NCBI GenBank assembly: GCA_035686645.1
Contig: DASRZF010000105.1
Span: forward strand, 1-51,428
Reading direction: 5' to 3'
Length of the DNA stretch: 51,428 nt
Source of the DNA: Polyangiales bacterium
GTDB taxonomy: Bacteria; Myxococcota_A; Polyangia; Polyangiales; Houyiibacteriaceae
Below, one piece after another: positions 42,565-51,428 of this stretch. Numbering within the stretch: the stretch's first letter is position 1; each line of letters begins with the position of its first letter. The translations under genes and the position numbers were made by a program. The notes under the pieces are model-generated. The model ran no database searches and had not been told where the DNA came from. It was given only the letters and a program-made list of their open reading frames with translations.

Positions 42565-44490
42565 ATGAATAGTCAGCTTTTGAAATCGATCACCCTCGCG
42601 CTCAGCCTCGCTTGCCTGGCAAGCATGGGCTGCTCGTCGGATGCCTCGTCGACCGATCAGCAGGTTCCCGAAGAGGTCACCAGCTGGGAGCCCGAGGGAG
42701 CGAGAACCGTCGGAGAGTACGCATACGATACGGTTCCCGTTCCCAACGCGTTCCACACGATGCATGCGGGACCCAACAACACGGACAACGTGTGGGTCGC
42801 TACGGCGCCGCAACTTGAGCTCGATTGGGTTTCGGAGACCTCATTCTACGTGCCCGAAGGACCGACGTTCGACAACGAGGGGAATCTCTACTTCAGCCCC
42901 TTGTTTCCGCAGATCGATGTTTCGCTGGTCTCGCTCGATGCCAAGACCGGTGAGCGCAACTGGGTGGTACCCGGGGACGGAAGCAACGCGGGCTCGGGCG
43001 CCGTCCTGATTCTGAACGACCCTGCCAATCCCGGACAGCAGATCGTGTACCACGCGACCTACACCGAAGCGATGGCGATCAAGCCGGACGGCACAATCCT
43101 ATGGCAGACCCCAACGGGTCTGAGCTTGCCTCCCGTGGTCCAAGGCGAGCGAAGTCCCACGCATTCGTTTGGCTTCAATTATCATCCGCGAACCGATTCG
43201 CTCATCGGTGTCACCCTGGGCGGAGACGTATTCGCGTTCAACCGAGTCACGGGCGAGAGCGTCGCGCCAGTGATACAAATTCCTGGCGCACCAGCGCTCA
43301 GCCAAGAGCTCGCGCTGCCTCAGTTCGTCGTTGATGCGAGCAACGATTTGACCGACGCCGTGTTTGGTACCACCCCGAGCGGACTGAGCTTTTACTCCGT
43401 AATCGTCGACGTGATCTTCGGGGGCGGCTCCAAAGTTACCAACTACTTCGCGATCGACCCGAATACGAGTGTCGTCTACGTCGCAGCGACCGCCCCAGAC
43501 GAGGACGACGGGACCGTCGATGGGGTCTCCGAGCTCGGGGCGATCTATGCCCTGGACTTGGTCGATGACGGAAGCGGGGGATTGGAGCTCCGCGTGCTCC
43601 ACTCCGCCAGCTTCGAAGGCGGAACCGGCTCGACACCGTCCGTGAGCGAAGACGGACGACGGGTATATGTGTCGGACAACATCGGGAACGTCATCGCATA
43701 CGACAGTGAGTTGAACGAGATCTGGCGCTTCGATCTCGGCGCTCCTGTTGCGGCTTCAATTGCGGTATCCCCAGACAATGCGGAGCTCTACGCCGTCACT
43801 CAGGAAGATGTGTTCAAGCTCATCGACGAAGGCGAAAATGCCCGCCTCGATTGGATGGCAACCCTGGAAGCCTTCGAGGACGACCCGGAGATCGAAGTCG
43901 TGTTCCAGGCCCTGACGCCGAGCATCACGGCAAACGGCATCGCCGTGAGCGTAGGAGGCGGAAAGCTGCTCGCGGGCCGCGGAATCATGCTGCGGGTTGG
44001 GGTCGGGCTCTTGGATCGCGTAACGGGCGAGCTGCGCTCGTTCACGGAGGGCCGTGAGGAATCGATCGCCGTCACGAGCATCGGCCCCGATGGCGGCATC
44101 TACACCGCGAGCTCACCGGTTCGGCGAGTTTCCGGCAAAGCGCTCTACCCGGATCTCACCAAGGACATCATCGGCGGCATCAGCCGCTACAAACCCGTGC
44201 GAAACGACCTGCTCGCCAAGGATGCAAGCTGCGCGGCAGGCACGCGCGCGCGTAACGCCGCGACGATTGCGGATGCGGCTCCCCGCTCCGCAGCGGAGGA
44301 CATGCGTCAGATCCAGGTCTTGATCGACCAAATCCGTGCGGCCATCACTCGCGCGGTCGCAGACGGTGACCTCGATCAAGCCACTGCCGACGCTCTCGAA
44401 TCCGACCTCGATGGCGCGGAGGCTCATCTCACCATGGACGGGCTCTCGACCGTCGCTTCGGATCTTCTTCGCGTGTGTAACGCGATTTGA
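42565..44490 (+). CDS. lipoprotein with a probable beta-propeller (PQQ/BamB-like repeats) and a helical C-terminal tail
   Basis: Lipobox LASMGC. Recurrent strand motifs (GNLYFS, GERNWVV, GTILWQT, EIWRFDL, ELYAVT). The last ~110 aa are Ala/Asp-rich and look helical. The fold call is an inference. Confidence 0.65.
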   Translation: MNSQLLKSITLALSLACLASMGCSSDASSTDQQVPEEVTSWEPEGARTVGEYAYDTVPVPNAFHTMHAGPNNTDNVWVATAPQLELDWVSETSFYVPEGPTFDNEGNLYFSPLFPQIDVSLVSLDAKTGERNWVVPGDGSNAGSGAVLILNDPANPGQQIVYHATYTEAMAIKPDGTILWQTPTGLSLPPVVQGERSPTHSFGFNYHPRTDSLIGVTLGGDVFAFNRVTGESVAPVIQIPGAPALSQELALPQFVVDASNDLTDAVFGTTPSGLSFYSVIVDVIFGGGSKVTNYFAIDPNTSVVYVAATAPDEDDGTVDGVSELGAIYALDLVDDGSGGLELRVLHSASFEGGTGSTPSVSEDGRRVYVSDNIGNVIAYDSELNEIWRFDLGAPVAASIAVSPDNAELYAVTQEDVFKLIDEGENARLDWMATLEAFEDDPEIEVVFQALTPSITANGIAVSVGGGKLLAGRGIMLRVGVGLLDRVTGELRSFTEGREESIAVTSIGPDGGIYTASSPVRRVSGKALYPDLTKDIIGGISRYKPVRNDLLAKDASCAAGTRARNAATIADAAPRSAAEDMRQIQVLIDQIRAAITRAVADGDLDQATADALESDLDGAEAHLTMDGLSTVASDLLRVCNAI

Positions 44491-44536
44491 GCCCGAGCCG
44501 ATGCGGCCCGGCTGACTACCTGGCAAAGCGGATGAT

Positions 44537-45211
44537 TCAGCCCTTCAGCCAGGTATAGGCCTCGCGCAGGGTTTCGTTGCCCCCACTCTCGAGGATGTCC
44601 CCGTGCGCCAGAACGATCCGGTCGAAGTCCCAACTGAGAATTCGGTCGAGTGCGCGGCGCGCTCGCTTCTTATCGCGGAAGATCATTCGGAGTGGGCGAC
44701 TGAGTCCGGGCTTGCCGTGAATCCCGCCAAGCTTGAGATACGCGCGTGTCGGCCAATGAGGTGAGGTCTCGAAATTCTCGATGAGGTCTGCGACGATCAA
44801 TGATCGCGATGGGCGATGAAGAAACACCATTTCGTTCAGCATGGTTCCTTCCAGCAGCGCGGTGTCGAGCTGCTCTCGCCAATCGGGAAACGTTTCACCG
44901 GCGAGCTCCCGGTCGATCACGAGGTCCTTGCGGCGTTTGGCTAGGCCCCGTGCGCCATGCAGCAATGCGCCGGGGTACGCTGCCTTCCAATCGCCAGCGT
45001 AAAGGTGATGATAGATGTTAGGGGCGATGATGTGGCGCACGGGCCCGAGCGCGTCGACCTCGGCTTTGAGGTCCGGTGTCATGGCGAGCGGGGAGTGAAC
45101 CAGAAGCTGGCCGTCGCCAAGTTGGACCACGGTCATTCGTGTCCCGACATGCAGCCCATAGAAGGACTGCGGAGCCGACTGCGACCAAATCCCTGCTGCG
45201 AGCTGCTGCAT
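44537..45211 (-). CDS. DUF4336-domain protein (MBL-like fold)
   Basis: ...MTVVQLGDGQLLVHSP......L..LGPVRHIIAPN..HHL.....W...YP.A........ and ...LIVADLIEN...: the typical DUF4336 pattern. Confidence 0.75.
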   Translation of the reverse strand: MQQLAAGIWSQSAPQSFYGLHVGTRMTVVQLGDGQLLVHSPLAMTPDLKAEVDALGPVRHIIAPNIYHHLYAGDWKAAYPGALLHGARGLAKRRKDLVIDRELAGETFPDWREQLDTALLEGTMLNEMVFLHRPSRSLIVADLIENFETSPHWPTRAYLKLGGIHGKPGLSRPLRMIFRDKKRARRALDRILSWDFDRIVLAHGDILESGGNETLREAYTWLKG

Positions 45212-45299
45212 ACGGCGGATCTACGACAGCGACGTCTCGAAACCAAGCCGACTCGCGTCCATGACTGGCGCTCACGGGGAAAACTGATACGCCTCGGCC

Positions 45300-45815
45300 A
45301 TGGCTAACCCGACAGCAACCCTCGAAACCTCGCTCGGAAACGTAGAAATCGAGCTCTTCGCCGACCTCATGCCCACAACGGCGGGCAACTTCATCGAGCT
45401 CGCGAAGAGTGGGTTCTACGACGGGCTTCACTTTCACCGCGTCATCAACGGATTCATGATCCAGTTTGGATGCCCGCACAGCCGCGATCCCAAGAGCCCG
45501 CGCGCTGGCACCGGCGACAGCCCCAACGGCACCATCCAGGACGAGCACCCGGACAACGCAAAGCTTTCGAACGAACCGGGAACACTCTCGATGGCTAACA
45601 CCGGCCGGCCGAACAGCGGGAGCTGCCAGTTCTTCATCAACACCGTTCACAACGCTTATCTGGACTGGTTCAGCCCTGGACCGTCCAAGCACCCGGTCTT
45701 TGGCAAAGTCGTGAGCGGCATGGACGTGATCAAGAAGATCGAGACCACTCCAACGGGTGCCGGTGACCGGCCGGCGACACCGGTCCAAATGATCAAAGTT
45801 ACCGTTCACGAGTAG
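45300..45815 (+). CDS. cyclophilin-type peptidyl-prolyl cis-trans isomerase
   Basis: ...[32 protein letters not shown]...GTG... and LSMAN.G.PNSG.SQFFIN......LD...[15 protein letters not shown]. Confidence 0.92.
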   Translation: MANPTATLETSLGNVEIELFADLMPTTAGNFIELAKSGFYDGLHFHRVINGFMIQFGCPHSRDPKSPRAGTGDSPNGTIQDEHPDNAKLSNEPGTLSMANTGRPNSGSCQFFINTVHNAYLDWFSPGPSKHPVFGKVVSGMDVIKKIETTPTGAGDRPATPVQMIKVTVHE

Positions 45816-45883
45816 TCCGACGCACGACGGGCGAAACGAAGCGGGGCTCGACCCGGGACACCAGGGTTGGTAGATTTGAAATC

Positions 45884-46567
45884 ATGACCTCGCTTCGAAT
45901 CCTTCTCTTCTGCTTGGCGGCTTCGCTGGGGCTCAGCGCCTGTACAGACGAGGTCCCGCCGCCCATGAACGGAACGGGAGGAAGAGGCGGGACGGCGGGC
46001 TCGGGTGGCATTGCTGGATCGGGAGGCTCGGCCGGCAGCGCTGGGTCCGCCGGTTTGGGCGGCAGCGCTGGCTCCGCCGGTTCGGGCGGAACTGCGGGCT
46101 CGCCTGGCTCTGCTGGGTCGGGAGGAGCTGCGGGCTCGGGTGGCTCCGCCGGTTCAGGCGGCACAGGAGGAGCCGCGGGCGGCATGGGCGGCGGCGGCAT
46201 GGGCGGAGCCCTCTCGGGCGCATGCATCAACCAGGACGACTTGGCCGCCTTAGCAGATCTTCAGCCAAGCAACGCGCGTGAGGTCGCAGCCGACTGCGGA
46301 ATCGAATGCACGGACTTAATCGCCTTCGAACAGGCATTCACAACCTGTGCGAGCGATTGCGTCGAGCGGATGGTAACGGGCCTGTCGTCCGGATGCGCAA
46401 CTTGCTACGGCGAGCTCGCGTGGTGCAGCAGGTTGCTCTGCTTGACACCCTGCGCATCGGCTTCGTGCTTACCCGTTTGCCAAGACTGCAACGGATACGA
46501 CCTCTGCCTCGCCGAGCTCGAGGCCTGCACCGGCCGAGTCTCGGTCGATTGCACTGACCCTACCTGA
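45884..46567 (+). CDS. lipoprotein with a long Gly/Ser/Ala low-complexity linker and a Cys-rich C-terminal domain, unknown function
   Basis: Lipobox LGLSAC. About 75 aa of GGTAGSGG/SAGSAG repeats. Then a ~120-aa domain with about 16 Cys (ACINQDD...DCGIECTD...CASDCV...GCATCYGELAWCSRLLCLTPCASASCLPVCQDCNGYDLC). Confidence 0.7.
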   Translation: MTSLRILLFCLAASLGLSACTDEVPPPMNGTGGRGGTAGSGGIAGSGGSAGSAGSAGLGGSAGSAGSGGTAGSPGSAGSGGAAGSGGSAGSGGTGGAAGGMGGGGMGGALSGACINQDDLAALADLQPSNAREVAADCGIECTDLIAFEQAFTTCASDCVERMVTGLSSGCATCYGELAWCSRLLCLTPCASASCLPVCQDCNGYDLCLAELEACTGRVSVDCTDPT

Positions 46568-46578
46568 GCTGCGCCTGG

Positions 46579-47061
46579 CTACTTGCCTTTGGGCTGCCAG
46601 CGGCTGTCGGTGAGCGTGAGCCCCTCGATCGACTTGCGCGGGACCATCTGCTCGTACGTGCGCGTGTAGCCCGTCTTGGCGATCCGCCAGACGCCGTCAT
46701 CGCCCTTGCGGTATTCGTCTTCGTAGAACGCGGCGCCGTGAATGATCATGTCGAAGCTCGTGTCGATGACATAGTCCTGAAGGCACCAGCGCCCCGTGGC
46801 CGTTCGTTCGTCGACGAAATCGATCTCGGGCTGGCTCACGACATGACTCGAGTGAAAGCTGTCTGCGCCCATCGCGCCCTCTAGGAACCTCAAGATCGCG
46901 TCGCGGCCGTCGAAAGAGAACTTCCCGCTGCTGTAGGCCGCCTTGGCGTCCTCGGTGAAGCAGTCGCGAAGCTTTTCCCACTCCTTGGTATCGAGGCAGC
47001 GCTGATACTTGTATTTGAGGCGCTTGATCGCCTCGAGATCCTGCCATTTCGCTTCAACCAT
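46579..47061 (-). CDS. NTF2-fold SnoaL-like protein
   Basis: ...LEAIKRLKYKYQRCLDTKEWEKLRDCFTEDA...GRW.LQDYV.........G.YEDEY.K..DGVWRIAKT.Y: the pattern of SnoaL_4/bile-acid-dehydratase-like NTF2 proteins. Confidence 0.8.
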   Translation of the reverse strand: MVEAKWQDLEAIKRLKYKYQRCLDTKEWEKLRDCFTEDAKAAYSSGKFSFDGRDAILRFLEGAMGADSFHSSHVVSQPEIDFVDERTATGRWCLQDYVIDTSFDMIIHGAAFYEDEYRKGDDGVWRIAKTGYTRTYEQMVPRKSIEGLTLTDSRWQPKGK

Positions 47062-47111
47062 CAGCGCAATCTAGGGCGGTCGGGGCAAGAATGCCAGAGT
47101 CGCGAATCCGC

Positions 47112-48248
47112 TCAGAGCCCGGACTCGAGGAACGATGGGTCACTTGCGAAGCGGGCGACGTGGTGCTCTTCGTCGCCAAACAGCGCGTTCAGTGCGTACA
47201 TGCGCTTGAAGTAGAGTCCGATGTCGTGTTCGTCGGTTACACCGATCCCGCCGTGCAACTGAAGCGATTGCTGGGCCACCCAGACCCCACCCGTCGCGAG
47301 CTGGTACTTGGCCGCGGAAATGTCGGCTCTCCTCGCGGCGTCGTCGTCATCGTCGGCACGAACCATCGAAGCCATTGAAATCGAGCGCAGTAGCTCGGTC
47401 TCTGCGTACATGTCCACGGCGCGGTGTTGAAGGGCTTGAAATGATCCGATTTTCACGCCGAACTGCTCGCGGGTACCGAGGTAGTCGACCGTCATCTGAA
47501 GCATCGTGTTGGCGATGCCCACGCCCGCGGCCACCGCCGCCGCCGCTCCGTAGTCCATGGTCCGCTCGAGAACAGCGGCACCCGAGCCTTCCGCACCAAG
47601 GCGGGCCTCTTCGTTCACGGCGACGCCGTCGAACTGAACGAACGCGGCTTTTTGCCCATCGATCGTCTTGGCGACGGTCACCTTCACGCCGTTCGCTCCA
47701 CGAGGAACCACGAAGAGCGTCACGCCGCCGGGTGCCTTGGCCGACACGATCAGATGGTCTGCCCGATGGCCATTGAGCACCCAGACCTTCTCGCCGGAAA
47801 GCACGTAGCCCTTGCTGCTGGGCGTTGCACTCGTCTCGATCGACCGGACGTCGTAGCGGGTCTCAGCCTCGGAGTGCGCGAGCGCGAGCGTGCTTTCACC
47901 CTCGATCATCGGACCGAGGTACGCCTCTTGCTGTGCCGCGTCGCCAGCGCGCGCGAGTGTCATCCCGCCGAGCACGACAGAGGCCAGATACGGCTCCGGA
48001 ACGAGCGTCGTCGCGAGATTCTCGAGCACGATGGCGCATTCGACGAAGCTCCCGCCGTAGCCGCCCATCGACTCCGCGAAGGGGACTCCGAGCCAGCCGA
48101 GCTCGCCCATCTTCTTCCAAACGGCAGGGTCGTAACCGACGTCGTCGTCGCGAAGCTTGCGAAACCGTTCGACCGGTGACTCGTTCTTCGCGAAATCCGC
48201 CACCGTTTTGGCCAGCATCTGTTGATCTTGGTCGAGCTCAAAGTCCAT
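47112..48248 (-). CDS. acyl-CoA dehydrogenase family protein
   Basis: ACAD N-terminal, middle and C-terminal domain pattern (..W..MGELGWLG...PE..GG.G...; ...G.KVW..N...AD.L.V.A..). C-terminus: ...LQLHGGIGVTDEHDIGLYFKR. Confidence 0.9.
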   Translation of the reverse strand: MDFELDQDQQMLAKTVADFAKNESPVERFRKLRDDDVGYDPAVWKKMGELGWLGVPFAESMGGYGGSFVECAIVLENLATTLVPEPYLASVVLGGMTLARAGDAAQQEAYLGPMIEGESTLALAHSEAETRYDVRSIETSATPSSKGYVLSGEKVWVLNGHRADHLIVSAKAPGGVTLFVVPRGANGVKVTVAKTIDGQKAAFVQFDGVAVNEEARLGAEGSGAAVLERTMDYGAAAAVAAGVGIANTMLQMTVDYLGTREQFGVKIGSFQALQHRAVDMYAETELLRSISMASMVRADDDDDAARRADISAAKYQLATGGVWVAQQSLQLHGGIGVTDEHDIGLYFKRMYALNALFGDEEHHVARFASDPSFLESGL

Positions 48249-48279
48249 CTCGGAATCTCTCCTGTGTCAGATTCGCCGG

Positions 48280-49458
48280 TCAGCTGCTCGGCAGCTGGAG
48301 GATCATCTTTGCGATTACGTTGCGTTGAATCTCGTTCGAGCCGCCATAGATAGTGGCCGCGCGTTCGTAGCAGAAGTAGGGGCCGATCGACTCCTCGATG
48401 GGCGGGCAAACACCCTCGTTATTCCAGGTGAGCGAGCTCTCCCCCATGATCTCCATCGCGAGCTCGGTCAGCTCCTGGATCAGCTTGGTACCGACCAGCT
48501 TCAGGATCGACGACTCAGGACCGGGCATCTTTCCTTTCTGTTGGTCGGCCAAGGCCCGGTAGCTCACCATCAAGTGTGCGCGGAATCGCATTTCCAGCCG
48601 CGCGATCTTGGCGCGCCATATCGGGTCCTCGAGCATCGGGCGCCCGTCGATCTTCTTCGTCGCGGCAATACGCTTGATCTTCTGGAGCACGTTACGGCTC
48701 GGTCCGATCATCGCGAGCATCGTGCGCTCATGGCCGAGGAGCGCTTTGGCCATGGTCCAACCTTGGTTGATCCCGCCGACTACGTTCTCTTTCGGCACTT
48801 TGACGTTGTCGAAGAAGGTGTCGCAGAATGCGGGAGTGTGACCCAATGTGAGCATCGGTTTCACCTCTACCCCTGGGCTCTTGAGGTCGATCAGTAAGAA
48901 GGTGATCCCCGCTTGCTTCTTCGCGGAAGGGTCCGTGCGAACCAAACAGAAGATCCAGTCGGCGTATTGTGCATATGTCGTCCAGGTCTTTTGTCCGTTG
49001 ACGATGAAGTGATCGCCTGCGTCCTCGGCCGTCGTCCGAAGTGAAGCGAGATCGCTGCCGGATCCCGGTTCGGAATATCCCTGACACCAGAGCTCCTCCG
49101 CGCTCAGGATCTTGGGAAGGAACCGCTTCTTCTGTGCGTCCGTTCCGAAGCTGATGATCAGCGGCCCGACCATAGAAAGCCCAAATACTGACAAAGGCGG
49201 GGCACCAGCGAGCTCCATCTCTTCGTTGAAGATGAAACGCCTCGCGGCATTCCAGCCCGTACCTCCGACCTCCTTCGGCCAGTGTGGAGCAATCCAGCCC
49301 TTCGCATGGAGAATCCGATGCCAAATCTTGGAGTCCTCCGGCTTGAAGCCTCCCGCACCGCGCGCTTTTTGGCGCATGTCCTCCGGCATCGCCTCCTGAA
49401 TCCAGGCGCGAACCTGGTGCCGAAACGCCTCTTCTTCCTCGTTGAACGTCAGGTCCAT
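48280..49458 (-). CDS. acyl-CoA dehydrogenase family protein
   Basis: MDLTFNEEEEAFRHQVRAWI..., ...LWCQGYSEPGSGSDLASL.T.A....D.F.VNGQKTWTT.A..ADW.F.L.RT, ...ATIYGGSNEIQRNVIAK. ATG 49458 lies within track ORF 48280..49566. Confidence 0.9.
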   Translation of the reverse strand: MDLTFNEEEEAFRHQVRAWIQEAMPEDMRQKARGAGGFKPEDSKIWHRILHAKGWIAPHWPKEVGGTGWNAARRFIFNEEMELAGAPPLSVFGLSMVGPLIISFGTDAQKKRFLPKILSAEELWCQGYSEPGSGSDLASLRTTAEDAGDHFIVNGQKTWTTYAQYADWIFCLVRTDPSAKKQAGITFLLIDLKSPGVEVKPMLTLGHTPAFCDTFFDNVKVPKENVVGGINQGWTMAKALLGHERTMLAMIGPSRNVLQKIKRIAATKKIDGRPMLEDPIWRAKIARLEMRFRAHLMVSYRALADQQKGKMPGPESSILKLVGTKLIQELTELAMEIMGESSLTWNNEGVCPPIEESIGPYFCYERAATIYGGSNEIQRNVIAKMILQLPSS

Positions 49459-49547
49459 GGGCGTATGCGTGCCACAAACAGCGGGCAAATACCAACCTGT
49501 ACGAACGCAGCCAAACCCTGTAGGAAGCTCAGCACCGGACCTCAGAC

Positions 49548-50309
49548 GTGACGATCGAGCTCGCATTCCTCCTGTTCGCCCTCGTCGTCGTCACCGCATA
49601 TGCGGTCCAGACGGCGACCGGATTCGGGGCCACCTTGGTCTCGGTGACCATCGGCGCCCAGCTCATGGGGATCGAGGAGGTCATTCGTCTGATGGTTCCG
49701 TTGTCGTTCCTGCAGACCGGATACATCGCGATCCGGCACCGCGATGGCATCGACTGGAGCTTGCTGCTCAAGCGAATCCTTCCGCTGATGGCAGTGGGGA
49801 TGTCTCTTGCGTTTCTGCTTCTCACCCGGGTCGGAGGTCCCTGGCTGGGACTGGCGTTCGGCTTCATCGTTCTCGGGCTCTCTGGCCGGGATTTGTATCT
49901 GCTCCGCGCCGCCGGCACGGCGGTCGCAAAACCAGTCGCGCGCGCCGCTTCCGTGGCCGCGATTTTGAGCGCGGGTGTGATTCACGGCATCTATGCTTCG
50001 GGAGGACCGATGCTTGTCTATGCCGTCGGGCGTGAAGGGCTCTCGAAGAAGGCGTTTCGGAGCACGATCAGCATGGTTTGGATCGCTCTCAACCTAGTGC
50101 TCGTCGCGCGTTTTCTCCTGGCGGGCGACTATGATCGGAAGGTCGCTCTGGACGTCCTCATGCTCGTGCCCGCCGTTCCGCTGGGAATCCTTCTGGGTGA
50201 ATGGGTGCACCACCGAGTCGACGAGCGGGCCTTCAAGATGGCGGTTCTGCTGCTCCTCATCGTGGCTGCGGTCTCGCTGATCGTGCGATATAGTGCCCAG
50301 CTGCTCTAG
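49548..50309 (+). CDS. TauE/SafE-family anion exporter
   Basis: About 8 TM segments. N-terminal ...VTAYAVQTATGFGATLV... and internal ...GIYASGGPMLVYAV... are typical of TauE/SafE permeases. GTG start. Confidence 0.8.
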   Translation: MTIELAFLLFALVVVTAYAVQTATGFGATLVSVTIGAQLMGIEEVIRLMVPLSFLQTGYIAIRHRDGIDWSLLLKRILPLMAVGMSLAFLLLTRVGGPWLGLAFGFIVLGLSGRDLYLLRAAGTAVAKPVARAASVAAILSAGVIHGIYASGGPMLVYAVGREGLSKKAFRSTISMVWIALNLVLVARFLLAGDYDRKVALDVLMLVPAVPLGILLGEWVHHRVDERAFKMAVLLLLIVAAVSLIVRYSAQLL

Positions 50310-50324
50310 CCGCGGAGAAATTGA

Positions 50325-51428
50325 ATGTACGACCTGAAGATCGTCGGTGGAACGCTAGTAGACGGCACCGGAACCGAGCGCCGCACGGGTGATGTCGGCA
50401 TCAAGGACGGGCGGATCGTCGACGTCGGAAGGTGCGACGAAGGCGCCGCGCGAAAGGTCGACGCCGCCGGGGCGATCGTGGCGCCCGGCTTCGTCGACAT
50501 CCACACACACTACGACGGTCAGATCAGCTGGGACGAGGAGCTTGCGCCGTCGTCGATCCATGGGGTGACCACCTGTGCGATGGGGAGCTGCGGCGTCGGC
50601 TTTGCGCCCGTGAGGCCTGCCGACCACGCCAAGCTCGTCGAGCTGATGGAAGGCGTGGAGGACATCCCGGGATCGGCGCTCTCCGAAGGCATCAGTTGGG
50701 GCTGGGAAAGCTTTCCCGAATACATGGAGACGCTCGATCGCATGCCGCACACGATTGATTTCCTCGCACACGTTCCGCACGACGCGCTGCGCGTCTACGT
50801 GATGGGCGAGCGCGCGGTGCATGACGAGGCGGCAAATGAGGACGACATCGCCGGGATGCGGCGGTTGCTGCGCGAGGCGCTAGAGGCCGGGGCGATCGGA
50901 TTCAGCACCGGGCGAAGTGACAACCATCGAAGCGCGGTTGGCGACTGGACGCCGGCGTCGGAAGCGGACGGCAAAGAGCTCGCGGGCATTGCAAAAGCTT
51001 TCGATGGCTTGAGCTATGGGGTCCTGCAGGCGGTGAGTGACTTCAACGTCCTTCACGGAGATGATCACTTCGACGCCGAGTGGGGTGTGCTCGAGCAGAT
51101 GCTCGGTGCCGCAGGCGGGCGGCCGATGAGCGTCTCGACGATGCAACGCGACCACAGCCCCGAGCAATGGAAATGGATTCTCGACAAAGCATCCAAGGCC
51201 ACCGAGAAGGGCTTCGAGGTCCGCTGCCAAGTCGGCGCAAGAGGAATCGGTGTGATGCTCGGTCTTCAAGCGACCTTCCATCCCTTCATGGGTTTTCCGA
51301 GCTACAAGGCAATCAGCCAGCTTCCGCTGGCCGAGCGGGTGAAGGCCATGCGCGACCCAGGGCTCAAGGCCCGGATGATCGCCGAGAAGAGCGAACCCGT
51401 GGCGGGCGATGGGAGCATGCTTCCGCCG
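50325..51428 (+). CDS. N-acyl-D-amino-acid deacylase (D-aminoacylase) family amidohydrolase; partial, runs off the window end
   Basis: Own translation from ATG 50325: [35 protein letters not shown]....[22 protein letters not shown]. Open to position 51428 (368 codons). Absent from the track because it is partial. Confidence 0.85.
   Translation, partial: MYDLKIVGGTLVDGTGTERRTGDVGIKDGRIVDVGRCDEGAARKVDAAGAIVAPGFVDIHTHYDGQISWDEELAPSSIHGVTTCAMGSCGVGFAPVRPADHAKLVELMEGVEDIPGSALSEGISWGWESFPEYMETLDRMPHTIDFLAHVPHDALRVYVMGERAVHDEAANEDDIAGMRRLLREALEAGAIGFSTGRSDNHRSAVGDWTPASEADGKELAGIAKAFDGLSYGVLQAVSDFNVLHGDDHFDAEWGVLEQMLGAAGGRPMSVSTMQRDHSPEQWKWILDKASKATEKGFEVRCQVGARGIGVMLGLQATFHPFMGFPSYKAISQLPLAERVKAMRDPGLKARMIAEKSEPVAGDGSMLPP

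Noticed and set aside
45799-46230. Pro-rich 143-aa ORF on the minus strand (PPPMPPAAPPVPPEPAEPPEP...)
   Set aside because: It is the reverse-complement shadow of the GGC/GCC-rich Gly/Ser/Ala linker of the plus-strand lipoprotein, which has a proper lipobox and a Cys-rich domain.

Overview
GC-rich 51.4-kb chromosomal segment. Its gene content looks Myxococcota-like or related deltaproteobacterial: a Hanks-type kinase, an FHA/PP2C pair, an OmpA protein with thrombospondin-type-3 repeats, Cys-rich lipoproteins and a sigma-54-type promoter. I support about 46 protein-coding genes, one tRNA-Thr(CGU), three gene remnants, one short-repeat family and a few regulatory sites. All product calls rest on motif recognition by eye; no database search was possible.

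Most of the window is ordinary core metabolism and envelope function:
- purU, hemH, speE
- crotonase, quinone oxidoreductase, two acyl-CoA ligases, ALDH, delta-9 desaturase, two ACADs
- NhaC, POT and MacAB-type transporters
- cyclophilin and phosphomutase

I see no CRISPR array, intact IS/transposase, prophage, toxin-antitoxin pair, recognisable defence system or biosynthetic gene cluster.

The clearly non-core part is 28.4-34 kb plus 41.1 kb:
- A tRNA-Thr is followed by a mosaic of gene fragments (integrase-like, DsbA/HCCA-isomerase-like, RND-adaptor C-terminus).
- Two intact small genes are embedded in that mosaic: an encapsulated-ferritin-like protein with no shell gene and no targeting peptide, and an LprI/MliC-type lysozyme inhibitor.
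- A perfect 46-bp direct repeat brackets this mosaic. A third, internally deleted copy lies 10 kb away, where it forms the 3' end of a short ORF.
- Next to it is a Cys-rich lipoprotein with an HDxCY motif and three near-identical 141-bp tandem repeats, then an outer-membrane beta-barrel gene behind a near-consensus sigma-54 promoter.

Other candidates worth follow-up:
- A membrane-anchored PP2C(PEGA)-FHA(TM)-unknown operon at the window centre. It is transcribed divergently from a hyper-acidic 125-aa protein that has a near-consensus sigma-70 promoter.
- A 1115-aa protein whose kinase domain is C-terminal, behind about 830 aa of unassigned sequence.

None of these can be shown to be a new system from sequence alone. 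The decisive checks are listed with each finding.
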